Source of the DNA: a virus
DNA: 64,000 bases
IMG/VR virus record: IMGVR_UViG_3300011980_000002
Span: 32,001 to 96,000 of that record
Direction: 5' to 3' (one strand)
Within the stretch, counting starts at the first letter, position 1. Every line of letters begins with the position of its first letter. Below the pieces are notes generated by a model. That model was not told the origin of the DNA and made no database searches. It saw only the letters and a program-made list of their open reading frames with translations. The translations under genes were made by a program, and so were the position numbers. Positions 45,140 to 54,570 of the stretch are shown here, piece by piece.

Positions 45140-46153
45140 ATGGATAATACATTGCTATATTCTATACACTCAGATGTGATGATTGAAGACACTTTACTGT
45201 TCATAGACAGCTTATCTGATATATACTATGAAGACGGAGAAGCTTCAAATAATGAGGTTGTTGATGAAAAAAGTAAAAATATGTTTAGACGAGCATTTGA
45301 TGCTGTAATGAAATTTATAAATGGTCTTATTGAAAAAATTAAAACTCTTTTCCAAAGAATGGGTCTTAGTAAAGAAGAAAAGAAAGAGTTTGATGAGATA
45401 AGAAAAGCTATAATGGCTGACCCTGATATTAAAAATAAATCATTTACTGTAGACGATTACAGAAAAGCTAAAGCTCAGGAAGAAGCTATTATTAAAGAAA
45501 TGGAAGCCATACAAAAAGCTGCTGAACAGGCTGGTAATGATGAACAAGAAGCTGAAGTTATAGACAGAGGTATGGAAAAAGTTAAAGGTATGATGAGTGG
45601 TGTTGTTGATGTTATGGGTACTGCTGGTAAATCTATTGCTACAACTATAGGTGCACAACAGATACTCCATATGGCAGAATCTAATAGAAACTTTGCTCAA
45701 ATGGTTTATGGTATGCTTGAAAATGAAGAGGGTCTTACAAAACAACTTGAAGATGCTATAGGTAATAAGCAAACTAATAAGTTTAAAAAAAGCATTAAGT
45801 CTTGTACCAAATGGTTGTCATGGCATAAGTTTAAGGCTATGATGTTTGGTACTATATGTAAAGATATGAGTAAATCATTTAGTCATACTATAAAAGATTT
45901 AAAAGAATTAACAAATCCTAAGAATTCTATAGGTGCACACTTAAATCGTGCGAAGCATCTCAATATGGTTAATAATGTTGTTGGGGGAGTTAATCAAAAA
46001 TATGGTACAGATTTTAATCTTATAGACATTGCAAAAGCCGGTGTTCAAGTAAAACATGCTATAGATGATACTAAATCAACAGTATCTAAAGCTAGTGGAT
46101 TTGTCAATAGAACTGTGAATAATTTTAAGAATAGGAATAATAATAATGCATAG
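45140..46153 (+). CDS. Fam-C paralog 4
   Basis: N-terminal DVMIEDTLLFIDSLSDIYYEDGE plus helix RRAFDAVMKFINGLIEKIKTLF. Gly/Ala-rich segment VVDVMGTAGKSIATTIGA. Confidence 0.6.
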   Translation: MDNTLLYSIHSDVMIEDTLLFIDSLSDIYYEDGEASNNEVVDEKSKNMFRRAFDAVMKFINGLIEKIKTLFQRMGLSKEEKKEFDEIRKAIMADPDIKNKSFTVDDYRKAKAQEEAIIKEMEAIQKAAEQAGNDEQEAEVIDRGMEKVKGMMSGVVDVMGTAGKSIATTIGAQQILHMAESNRNFAQMVYGMLENEEGLTKQLEDAIGNKQTNKFKKSIKSCTKWLSWHKFKAMMFGTICKDMSKSFSHTIKDLKELTNPKNSIGAHLNRAKHLNMVNNVVGGVNQKYGTDFNLIDIAKAGVQVKHAIDDTKSTVSKASGFVNRTVNNFKNRNNNNA

Positions 46154-47072
46154 TTTAGATGAAGCAAGTATTAGATATGATATAATAACAGAATCGTTAG
46201 ATATCGACTTTTACAAAAATGATGCAATACTTAGTACTTGTATATTATTAGAGTCTGATAATACAAGTAGCGTTGTTGAAAAACGACATAATATACTAAA
46301 AGAATTTATAAAAGTCGTTATTGAAAAAATTCAAAAATTGATAGATTTCATTAAATCTAAATTTAATAAGGATAGAATAGATGTCATTAATAACATCAGT
46401 AAAGAAAATCCAAGAGCTACTATTACAGTTAGCAAGGACCCGAATGTGGTTATACAAGCTGCAAATGAGTCTATAAAAGAAATTGAAACTGCAATTTCTA
46501 AACAGAAAAAAGGTATTTTCAGAAAAGAAGATGGAAGTATTAATGTTAGTAAAGTTATATATACAGCAGTTGGTGCTGCAACAGCAACTACTATCGGTAT
46601 TATAGTGGTACCTAAACTTATAAATACTATAAATGGACTTCTTGGAAAACTTAAAAATCTTGGTAGAGATGTTATGACAAATATTGACCAAGATAAAAAT
46701 TCGTTCAATAAGGCTAAAAGTAAAACTCCAGCTAAAACTTCATTAGCTAGTAAGGTTGTTTATAATGTCGGTAAGGGAATTGGGTTTAGTGTAGGTAATA
46801 CTGTGAAAACATCTGTTACAACTGCTGCGAATAGAGGATTTGTACCAACCTTCAATATATCCCTAAATTTACCGGACCCAAAAATGTATCAACAACAGAT
46901 GCAAGCACAAAATGAAATTGTTAAGGCTATCTCTAATACCACTAAGGTATTGGAAACTACTTTAAATAGGGATTTATTGAATAACCCAGATATCAATAAA
47001 GTTGCAAATGAAGTATCTGATGAAAAAAGTGATATGAATGATAAACAAACATCTCAACAAAATAATCAATAA
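46146..47072 (+). CDS. Fam-C paralog 5
   Basis: ILSTCILLESDN plus helix LKEFIKVVIEKIQKLIDFIKSKF. Hydrophobic helix VIYTAVGAATATTIGIIVVPKLI. ATGCATAG start/stop overlap with the preceding gene. Confidence 0.7.
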   Translation: MHSLDEASIRYDIITESLDIDFYKNDAILSTCILLESDNTSSVVEKRHNILKEFIKVVIEKIQKLIDFIKSKFNKDRIDVINNISKENPRATITVSKDPNVVIQAANESIKEIETAISKQKKGIFRKEDGSINVSKVIYTAVGAATATTIGIIVVPKLINTINGLLGKLKNLGRDVMTNIDQDKNSFNKAKSKTPAKTSLASKVVYNVGKGIGFSVGNTVKTSVTTAANRGFVPTFNISLNLPDPKMYQQQMQAQNEIVKAISNTTKVLETTLNRDLLNNPDINKVANEVSDEKSDMNDKQTSQQNNQ

Positions 47073-47090
47073 TAAGTTTGGAGATAAATT

Positions 47091-48341
47091 ATGGCAAAAA
47101 TAATCTCTGAAGTTCGTAATATAAAAGATAACACTTTTGAATATGAAAAGCGTCTTCAAAGTCCTTACAATAGACTAATTGATAAGGCTCCAACACCTGT
47201 AACGTATTTTCATATTAATGATAATGAGTCTACAGTTAATGAAGGATATCAAGATATTGAAGAAATTATTGGACCCAAATCTCCATTAAGATTTGATAGA
47301 ATTGAGGGATTTCCTTTATACGGAGTCCCTCAAATTAATCCAAATATACAAGAAGATGATCAAGGAATAAATATAACATTTGAAGCTGAATGTTTTATTT
47401 TACCACATACGATAAAACCTAATCCAAATGATTTCTTCTTAATCGATGTATTGGATATTCATGATGTATACATATTCAAAATTACAGATATTGCGTATGA
47501 TAATATTCACCCAGACAATTTTTATAAGACACAGTTTAGGTTAGAATTAACTTCTAAAGAGAAATTAGCATACTTAGAAAAACAAGTTATAAATAACTAT
47601 ACTTGTATTATAGATAATATTGGTACCGATAGTCATTGTATTATAGAAACTGATAAGTTTACTAAATATCAGAAAGTTAAAGATACCTATGATGATTTAG
47701 TAAATCTTTATGTTAGTATATTTTATAATGAAAAATATAATTGCTTTTTAGGTGAATATCCATGTAATAAAAAACTCTACGACCCTTATATGGTTGAGTT
47801 TGTTAATAAGTGGAATCTATTCAATAGTAAAGATAAAATTAATTCACTTATCATTAGTCAAGAAATTGATGATAATAAGTTTAAATTAAAATATGAGAAA
47901 TCTGTGTGGAGATTTATTGAGAAAAATGATTATAGTTTATTAAATAAATTCATTTTTTATATTTATCGAGCAGATACTCTGAAGTATACTACATTTGCAT
48001 TATATAGAGATGCTACTGTAAATATACTAGATATTCCTTTATCATTTTATAGTGACACTGACACGAGATGTATATTTAATGATGAGTTTATTAATAATAT
48101 AAAAGATAATAAAGAGTGTAAGAGTTCTTATGGTAATTTATTAAAGAAGTATATACTAAAAGAAAAATTAGATATAAATTCTATACCATTAGATATTAAT
48201 GAAACTTTATATAGCTTAGAAGCAGATGTCGAATTTTTCTTTATAACTCCAATGATTCTTTATATTATGAAAAAGATAATGAAAGATAGTTTTAAGTATA
48301 GTATTAGTTATAATACTATGAATGATAATAAAATGTATTAA
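47091..48341 (+). CDS. Hypothetical protein (likely virion-associated by context)
   Basis: 416-aa ORF with SD ggaga. No family recognised. Confidence 0.6.
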   Translation: MAKIISEVRNIKDNTFEYEKRLQSPYNRLIDKAPTPVTYFHINDNESTVNEGYQDIEEIIGPKSPLRFDRIEGFPLYGVPQINPNIQEDDQGINITFEAECFILPHTIKPNPNDFFLIDVLDIHDVYIFKITDIAYDNIHPDNFYKTQFRLELTSKEKLAYLEKQVINNYTCIIDNIGTDSHCIIETDKFTKYQKVKDTYDDLVNLYVSIFYNEKYNCFLGEYPCNKKLYDPYMVEFVNKWNLFNSKDKINSLIISQEIDDNKFKLKYEKSVWRFIEKNDYSLLNKFIFYIYRADTLKYTTFALYRDATVNILDIPLSFYSDTDTRCIFNDEFINNIKDNKECKSSYGNLLKKYILKEKLDINSIPLDINETLYSLEADVEFFFITPMILYIMKKIMKDSFKYSISYNTMNDNKMY

Positions 48342-48348
48342 TACGAAG

Positions 48349-48427
48349 AATTGTTTTTTTTTTTGTATGAATTATATTTAAATTACGAAAGGAAACAATA
48401 ATTAATTATGTATGATGATTTATATTT
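48349..48427 (+). repeat. Duplicated regulatory region plus 5' CDS (copy 1 of 2)
   Basis: aattg-T11-gtatgaattatatttaaattacgaaaggaaacaataattaattatgtatgatgattt is nearly identical to 52401-52479. Confidence 0.85.
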
Positions 48428-49409
48428 AGACAATTTAGATTTTGACATATTTATAGAGTCTACAGAACTAATATTTGAAAGTGTTAGTTGTAATAATGAA
48501 ATATCTTTATTATTAGAAGATGGTAATGATAATAAGAAAAAGAATATTATCATGAGAGCCGTTGATGCAATAATGAAAAAGATTAGAGAAATTATAGATT
48601 GGATAAAATCTAAATTATTTGGTGGTAAAAATAAGAAATATGAAGATTTTCTAAAACTTGCAGATAGTAAAGTAAGTGGATTATCTGTGGAATTTGATAA
48701 ATCTCCTAAGAAAGTTTATGAATTATATTCTGATATATTTAAAGCAATTTCTAAGAATTATGATAAATTATCAGGAAATGATAATTCCAAATTTATCGAA
48801 GAGGTTAAAGAGAAATTAAGTAGAGATATTAGCAAAGAATATTTATCTCCAAAAGAATGTATAGATTTATTTTACAAATATAATAAACTATCTTTAGACT
48901 ATAAGGGATTAAGTGATAAGATTAGTAATTATATTAAGAGTAAAGCTAATAGTGGAATAGATTGCTCGCAAGAACAAAAAGCTTTATCTTTAATTACTAG
49001 ATTAATGAATGATATAAGAAATAATATGAGCAAGATATCACCTACAACTATATCTAGTAATAATAGTGTCATAAGTAAAGTGAAGACATGGGCTAATGAC
49101 AATCCTGATGAAGCCGCTTTACTTATCGCAAACCTGAGTGCACTTGGATTAGTTACAGGAATGGCTGTTGGTGTTAAAGCCATGAAAGGTGCTGATGATA
49201 GGATTAAAAATAGTATGAAAGAACATGATGCTCGTATGAAAGCTGAAAAAGAGGTATTAGATAAGAAGCATAAAGATAATATGAAAGTTCTTGATGAGAT
49301 GCATAGAAAGATTGATGATGTAATAAAAAATGTTGATTTAGGTGATACTGAAGCAGTTAAAAAAGCTGAAAAAGAAATGGAAAGAATAAGGAAACAATAT
49401 AGACATTAA
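48408..49409 (+). CDS. Fam-C paralog 6
   Basis: DIFIESTELIFESVSCNNEISLLLEDG, IMRAVDAIMKKIREIIDWIKSKLF, hydrophobic helix AALLIANLSALGLVTGMAVGV. Confidence 0.8.
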   Translation: MYDDLYLDNLDFDIFIESTELIFESVSCNNEISLLLEDGNDNKKKNIIMRAVDAIMKKIREIIDWIKSKLFGGKNKKYEDFLKLADSKVSGLSVEFDKSPKKVYELYSDIFKAISKNYDKLSGNDNSKFIEEVKEKLSRDISKEYLSPKECIDLFYKYNKLSLDYKGLSDKISNYIKSKANSGIDCSQEQKALSLITRLMNDIRNNMSKISPTTISSNNSVISKVKTWANDNPDEAALLIANLSALGLVTGMAVGVKAMKGADDRIKNSMKEHDARMKAEKEVLDKKHKDNMKVLDEMHRKIDDVIKNVDLGDTEAVKKAEKEMERIRKQYRH

Positions 49410-49428
49410 TATGGTAAGGAATTTTTTT

Positions 49429-50250
49429 ATGATTAATAAATATGACATAGAAACCGAATTATTTATAGAATCTATGGAATTATTATTTGCTAGAATTGAT
49501 AGTGAAAATTCAATCTCATTATTACTTGAATCTGGTGATAATCCTAAAAGAGAAAGTGTATTATTGAAAGCTATATCTGCTATAGTTAAGAAGATAAATG
49601 AAATTCTCAATTCAATTACAGATAATTTATCTGGCAAAGATTCTGATAAATACTATAGGTTTATAAAGCAAGTAAGTGGTAAGATTCCGGATTGTAAAAT
49701 AGCAGTTTCAGTGGATATTAGTAAGTTATATGAGGTATATTCTAAATCTCATAAAATTATTCTTGATAACTATAGAACTTCTAAAGATTATAGTTATATA
49801 GATGAGGTTGATAAATTGTTTACAAATGAAATCAATAAAAGTACCACGGTAACTTTAAATGAAATTGTATTATTATTTAACAAATATAAAGACTTAGCTA
49901 ATAAATACGATAATCTCACATATGATATAGAAAGATTGATATATAGGAAATCTAAATCTAATGAGAGCGTTAGTGATTTAAAAAGTGCATTGCTTAAAAT
50001 TACTAAGATTGCAAATGGTATAAGAAACACTGTATCTAAGATAGCACCTGAAAAAGTAATAAGAACTACAGAATTTAAGAATAGTATTAAATCTTCAATA
50101 GATAACGATACTATTAAAACTAATGCAATTCCAGATGGTATCTTAAATGCTATGAGGATACACGGTGAACATACCAGAATGCATGATGAAAATAACGAAA
50201 TGCATAATCAGAATCATCAATTACATTTAGCAATGAATGGAATGATGTAA
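49429..50250 (+). CDS. Fam-C paralog 7
   Basis: ELFIESMELLFARIDSENSISLLLESG, LLKAISAIVKKINEIL. The ATG at 49429 has SD taaggaa; the track start at 49411 is 6 codons upstream. Confidence 0.75.
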   Translation: MINKYDIETELFIESMELLFARIDSENSISLLLESGDNPKRESVLLKAISAIVKKINEILNSITDNLSGKDSDKYYRFIKQVSGKIPDCKIAVSVDISKLYEVYSKSHKIILDNYRTSKDYSYIDEVDKLFTNEINKSTTVTLNEIVLLFNKYKDLANKYDNLTYDIERLIYRKSKSNESVSDLKSALLKITKIANGIRNTVSKIAPEKVIRTTEFKNSIKSSIDNDTIKTNAIPDGILNAMRIHGEHTRMHDENNEMHNQNHQLHLAMNGMM

Positions 50251-50266
50251 TAAAGGGAATATCTAT

Positions 50267-51010
50267 ATGAATTATGATGATATAGAATATATTAAAAATG
50301 AAATATTTATAGAAAAATCCATTTTATATATTGAAAAATATAATAGTGATTTAAGTATATCATTATTACTAGAAGACGGTGATACTGGTTCTGGTGGCAT
50401 TGCTACTATTATAAATAAATCATTAGATAAATTGGAAGGTTTATATAATTCTCTCATTAATAAGTTTTTTAATAATAAGAATCGTCAGTTTGAAAGTTTC
50501 TTATTAAAGATTGGTAAGAAAATATCTAAAGAAGATTTTTCTATTTCATTTAATATAAATCCTGAAAAATTATACGAAAATCAACTTGACAGTATCAAAC
50601 TTATTAGTGATAATTATGATAAACCTGAAAATGTTAATAAGTTTCTTGATGTAAATACAGTTGTACCAGACTTAGGTAAACCTACAGATTTAACAATTGA
50701 AGAATGTATAGATATATTTCATAAGTTTGAAAGATTATCAATTTTATGTGAGAAAACTTCAAAGACTATGTATAAATCTATCATGGTAAGAATAAAAAAT
50801 CTTGGTGAAAGACAGCATGTTTCTAATGTTGGATTATATGAAATGATACATATAATGAATATTATTCATATAAATATTAAAAGATTTAGTCCAGAAGCAA
50901 TATATAATAATAGTAAATTTAAATATGCTGTTAAAAAACTTGTAAATAAAGATCCTAATAATATCAAACTTATACCAAATAAGTTTAGAGATGATTTTGA
51001 TTTAAAATAA
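50267..51010 (+). CDS. Fam-C paralog 8
   Basis: EIFIEKSILYIEKYNSDLSISLLLEDG. Confidence 0.75.
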   Translation: MNYDDIEYIKNEIFIEKSILYIEKYNSDLSISLLLEDGDTGSGGIATIINKSLDKLEGLYNSLINKFFNNKNRQFESFLLKIGKKISKEDFSISFNINPEKLYENQLDSIKLISDNYDKPENVNKFLDVNTVVPDLGKPTDLTIEECIDIFHKFERLSILCEKTSKTMYKSIMVRIKNLGERQHVSNVGLYEMIHIMNIIHINIKRFSPEAIYNNSKFKYAVKKLVNKDPNNIKLIPNKFRDDFDLK

Positions 51011-51056
51011 AACCTATTTATTAAAAAGAATAAAATGAAAGGATTATTATTTTAAA

Positions 51057-52346
51057 ATGAAAAAAATAGATGCTGTAAGATATACTACAAAAGAATTTAA
51101 AAAATGGGTTAACTATACAGAAAAAAATTCAAAAGCTGGATTGGGAAATACTACATATGATAGTCCAGGTCCATATAATATGAATGCAGGGTCTAATAAC
51201 TATACAGTATTTGCTGATTACTATAGGCAAAAAACCGGAATATCTGTTCAAGGAATGCCATGGTGTTTTAGTGAAGGTAATATAAAACTTGAAGATTCCT
51301 ATAAGGATATTTCAGATATACACCCTGGTGAAAAGGTATTAAGTGGTATTGGTAATAGATATAATATCGTTATATCTAACACACCACATGATGAATATGT
51401 TATAAAAGTATCATCTAATAAGACTAATCCGTTGATAGGGACTCCAGACCATCCAGTATACTCCATTAAGAATAATAATGAACCTCAATTAAATCCACTT
51501 AGTGATTTATCGATAGGTGATATTTTACTGATATATTCATATGAATATAATGATGAATCATCAATAACTTATAATGGGATACAATACTCAAAATCTATTA
51601 TAACAGATATTGAGGTATTGAAAGATAAACAAACTGTTTACACGTTAGCAGTTGATGGTGATCATACATATACAGTTAATAATGTAGCAGTTCACAATTG
51701 TGATAGCTTTGTTGATACTGTATTCATACATTTGTATGGTGTAGAGAGAGCTAAAAAGTTATTAAATGGATTTTCTGCGTATACCCCTACATCTGCTGGA
51801 TACTTTAAAGCTGTTAGCAGGTGGTTTAGTAGACCTGAGCCTGGAGATATAATATTCTTTAAAAATAGTGAAAGAATAAATCATACTGGATATGTACATG
51901 ATGTATCTGGTAATACAGTTTATACCGTAGAAGGAAATACTTCATCAGGTAATAATGTAGTAGTTGCTAATGGTGGTTGTGTTGCTCTTAAATCATATGA
52001 TATACATAATCCAAGGATAGCTGGATATGGTAGACCTGATTATGAAGGTGTATTAAGAGACTTTAATCCTGAAGGATTTGTCGAAGGTTGGTTTAAAGCA
52101 GCAGATAATGTTCGTTGGTGGTATCAGTTTAGTAATGGAACATATGCTAAAAATAATGGTACGAATAACGGATGGTATAAGATTAAAAATAAATGGTATT
52201 TATTTGATACTAATGGTTATATGTTAACAGGGCATCAGACTATTGGTGGACAAGAATACTATTTATGTGAAGATCCAAATAAGGTTGAAGGTGCATTGAT
52301 GAAAACTGATGAAAATGGTGCACTAACTATTTGGGAAAGTGAATAA
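51057..52346 (+). CDS. Endolysin precursor: CHAP/NlpC-P60-like amidase-peptidase interrupted by a mini-intein, with C-terminal cell-wall-binding repeats
   Basis: Exteins QGMPW|CDSFVD..GDIIFF..INHTGYV..TVEGNTS carry the Cys/His signature. The C-terminus GWYKIKNKWYLFDTNGYMLTGHQTIGGQEYYL resembles CW_binding_1 repeats. Confidence 0.8.
   Translation: MKKIDAVRYTTKEFKKWVNYTEKNSKAGLGNTTYDSPGPYNMNAGSNNYTVFADYYRQKTGISVQGMPWCFSEGNIKLEDSYKDISDIHPGEKVLSGIGNRYNIVISNTPHDEYVIKVSSNKTNPLIGTPDHPVYSIKNNNEPQLNPLSDLSIGDILLIYSYEYNDESSITYNGIQYSKSIITDIEVLKDKQTVYTLAVDGDHTYTVNNVAVHNCDSFVDTVFIHLYGVERAKKLLNGFSAYTPTSAGYFKAVSRWFSRPEPGDIIFFKNSERINHTGYVHDVSGNTVYTVEGNTSSGNNVVVANGGCVALKSYDIHNPRIAGYGRPDYEGVLRDFNPEGFVEGWFKAADNVRWWYQFSNGTYAKNNGTNNGWYKIKNKWYLFDTNGYMLTGHQTIGGQEYYLCEDPNKVEGALMKTDENGALTIWESE
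51264..51698 (+). mobile_element. Mini-intein (145 aa, Hint domain) inserted at the catalytic Cys of the lysin
   Basis: Begins CFSEGNIKL, contains TPDH (TxxH block B) and VYTLAVDGDHTYTV (block F), and ends VAVHN followed by Cys+1. Confidence 0.8.
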
Positions 52347-52400
52347 TGTCCTAATTGGCATATATTAATATTAAAGATAAAAAATAGTATAGAAAAAAAA

Positions 52401-52479
52401 AATTGTTTTTTTTTTTGTATGAATTATATTTAAATTACGAAAGGAAACAATGATTAATTATGTATAATGATTTGTATAT
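52401..52479 (+). repeat. Duplicated regulatory region plus 5' CDS (copy 2 of 2)
   Basis: See 48349-48427. Confidence 0.85.
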
Positions 52480-53305
52480 AAAAGCTTTGAATGATGTGAT
52501 ATTCTGGGAATCTATAGATTTAGCATTATCTTCAATAGATATGAATGACGGAATAGCCGTTCTATTAGAGGATGGTGAAACTAATTCTAAACAAGCTAAT
52601 ATCGTCATGAGAGCGGTAGATGCTATAATGAAAAAGATTAAAGAAATTATAGATTGGATAAAAGGAATATTTTCCGATAAAAGTGAACAGAAATATATAG
52701 ATTTTCTAAAACAATTGGAGTCTTATGCTAAGGATACTCGTATAGAGTTTGGAAAAGATCCATCACAAGCATGCAAACGATATATAGATATACTTAAAAT
52801 TGTATCAAAAAATTATAATAGAAATTATGATAAAGATGATTTTAATAACGATGGTTATTGGTATTCGGACATAAATAACCTTTTGAAAAAGGAAGTTGGA
52901 AGTTCTGAATTAACAATATCAGACTGTCTAAAATTCTCAGAGAAGTTCAAAAATCTTAGTTATGAGTATAAAAATCTATCTGATAAGCTATATTCTACAA
53001 TTAAAACTAAGAGTAAGGCTGGGATAGACACTAAGAATGATCGAAAACTATTAACTTTAATCGGAAAGATTGAAAGTGACATTAGAAAACAAATAATGAT
53101 GCTAACACCTAGTATCATAAGTAGGAAAGGTTCGGTAAAAGAAAAACTTAAGTTGCTTTTAGCCGATCCTAGAACTAGTAAGCTTGCGTATATAGCAGCA
53201 TCCTTAGGGATAGGTGTTGTAGCAGGTAAAGCGTATATAAATAAAATGGATAAAACCCGTGAACAGAGAATACGATATGAAGAACTTGAAAAGCTTGTAT
53301 TTTAG
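52460..53305 (+). CDS. Fam-C paralog 9
   Basis: VIFWESIDLALSSIDMNDGIAVLLEDG, IVMRAVDAIMKKIKEIIDWIKG, hydrophobic helix LAYIAASLGIGVVAG. Confidence 0.8.
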   Translation: MYNDLYIKALNDVIFWESIDLALSSIDMNDGIAVLLEDGETNSKQANIVMRAVDAIMKKIKEIIDWIKGIFSDKSEQKYIDFLKQLESYAKDTRIEFGKDPSQACKRYIDILKIVSKNYNRNYDKDDFNNDGYWYSDINNLLKKEVGSSELTISDCLKFSEKFKNLSYEYKNLSDKLYSTIKTKSKAGIDTKNDRKLLTLIGKIESDIRKQIMMLTPSIISRKGSVKEKLKLLLADPRTSKLAYIAASLGIGVVAGKAYINKMDKTREQRIRYEELEKLVF

Positions 53306-53449
53306 GGTTTTATAGCTCAGTACTAAAATGATTGGAATCACTGTATTCTGATAGGGATACAATTATGAGATATTAATATTGTGATATATATATATATATC
53401 GTAATAGAGATAGGAAATGTGTAATATTAACAAGAAAGGAAAACATAAA

Positions 53450-54481
53450 ATGAATGATTTTTATTTAGAAATTCTTAACGATGATATATTTTGGGAATCT
53501 ATGGATTCAACATTATCTTCAATAGATATGAATGATGAAATAATAACTATGTTAGAAGATGGAGAATCTAATTCTAAACAGGCTAATATTATCATGAGAG
53601 TAGTTGATGCTATAATGAGGAAAATTAGAGAAATCATAGATTGGATAAAAGGGATATCATCTAATAAAAATGAACAGACTTATGCAGATTTTTTAAAACA
53701 ATTAGAATCTCGTGCTAGAGATATTCGTATAGAATTTGATAAGGATCCATCATATGCGTATACACAATATGTCGACATATTCAAAATCATATCAAAAAAT
53801 TATGATAAAAGTGGATCTAATGATAATAAAGACTGGTTTTCAGATATAGATGATATTTTAAGTAGAGAACCGAAAAACTCAGAATTAACAATATCAGATT
53901 GTCTAAAATTATCAACAAAGTTCAAAGACCTTAGTAATAATTATAAAAATTTATCTGATAAAGCATATAATATAATTAGAACTAAAAGTAAGAATGGTGT
54001 TGATACCAAAGATGAGCGAAGAGTACTAACTATAATCGGAAAGATTGAGACGGATATCAAGAAACGAATGATGATGTTAACACCTAGTGTCCTGAGTAAG
54101 AAAGGTTCTATAAAAGAGAAACTTAAATTAGTTTTGGGTGACCCAAGAACACCAGGTAAACTTGCACAACTTGCATTATCCTTAGGAATAATTGCAGCAA
54201 GTGCAATATATAAAAAAACAAGCGATGCTATCACGAAGAAGAAAAGATTTGATGATGCGATTTCTGATGTAATGGACAATAGAATAGAGAACGATATGCT
54301 CTTAAATAAAGTTAAAGGTGGATATAATGTTAGAGATGCTGATGTTAAGAAAAAACATGGTCGTTTAGATGAGGTGTATATAAAATATCAAAATTCCGAT
54401 GGGGATAATAAATATAATAAATATAGTAGAAAAGATTATAAAGAAAAATATAAAGGCAATGATCTTTGGCAAATATATTAA
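53450..54481 (+). CDS. Fam-C paralog 10
   Basis: ATG at 53450 with SD agaaaggaaa. DIFWESMDSTLSSIDMNDEIITMLEDG, IIMRVVDAIMRKIREIIDWIKG, LAQLALSLGIIAASAIY. Confidence 0.8.
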   Translation: MNDFYLEILNDDIFWESMDSTLSSIDMNDEIITMLEDGESNSKQANIIMRVVDAIMRKIREIIDWIKGISSNKNEQTYADFLKQLESRARDIRIEFDKDPSYAYTQYVDIFKIISKNYDKSGSNDNKDWFSDIDDILSREPKNSELTISDCLKLSTKFKDLSNNYKNLSDKAYNIIRTKSKNGVDTKDERRVLTIIGKIETDIKKRMMMLTPSVLSKKGSIKEKLKLVLGDPRTPGKLAQLALSLGIIAASAIYKKTSDAITKKKRFDDAISDVMDNRIENDMLLNKVKGGYNVRDADVKKKHGRLDEVYIKYQNSDGDNKYNKYSRKDYKEKYKGNDLWQIY

Positions 54482-54525
54482 TCGTTATTTATCAGAAGAC
54501 TAATACTATGTATCAAATCATGAAT

Positions 54526-54561
54526 AATAGAGTATATAGGAATATTCCTATATACTCTATT
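54526..54561. terminator. Bidirectional terminator between convergent genes
   Basis: aatagagtatatagg / cctatatactctatt, a perfect 15-bp stem. Confidence 0.7.
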
Positions 54562-54570
54562 TAATATTAT

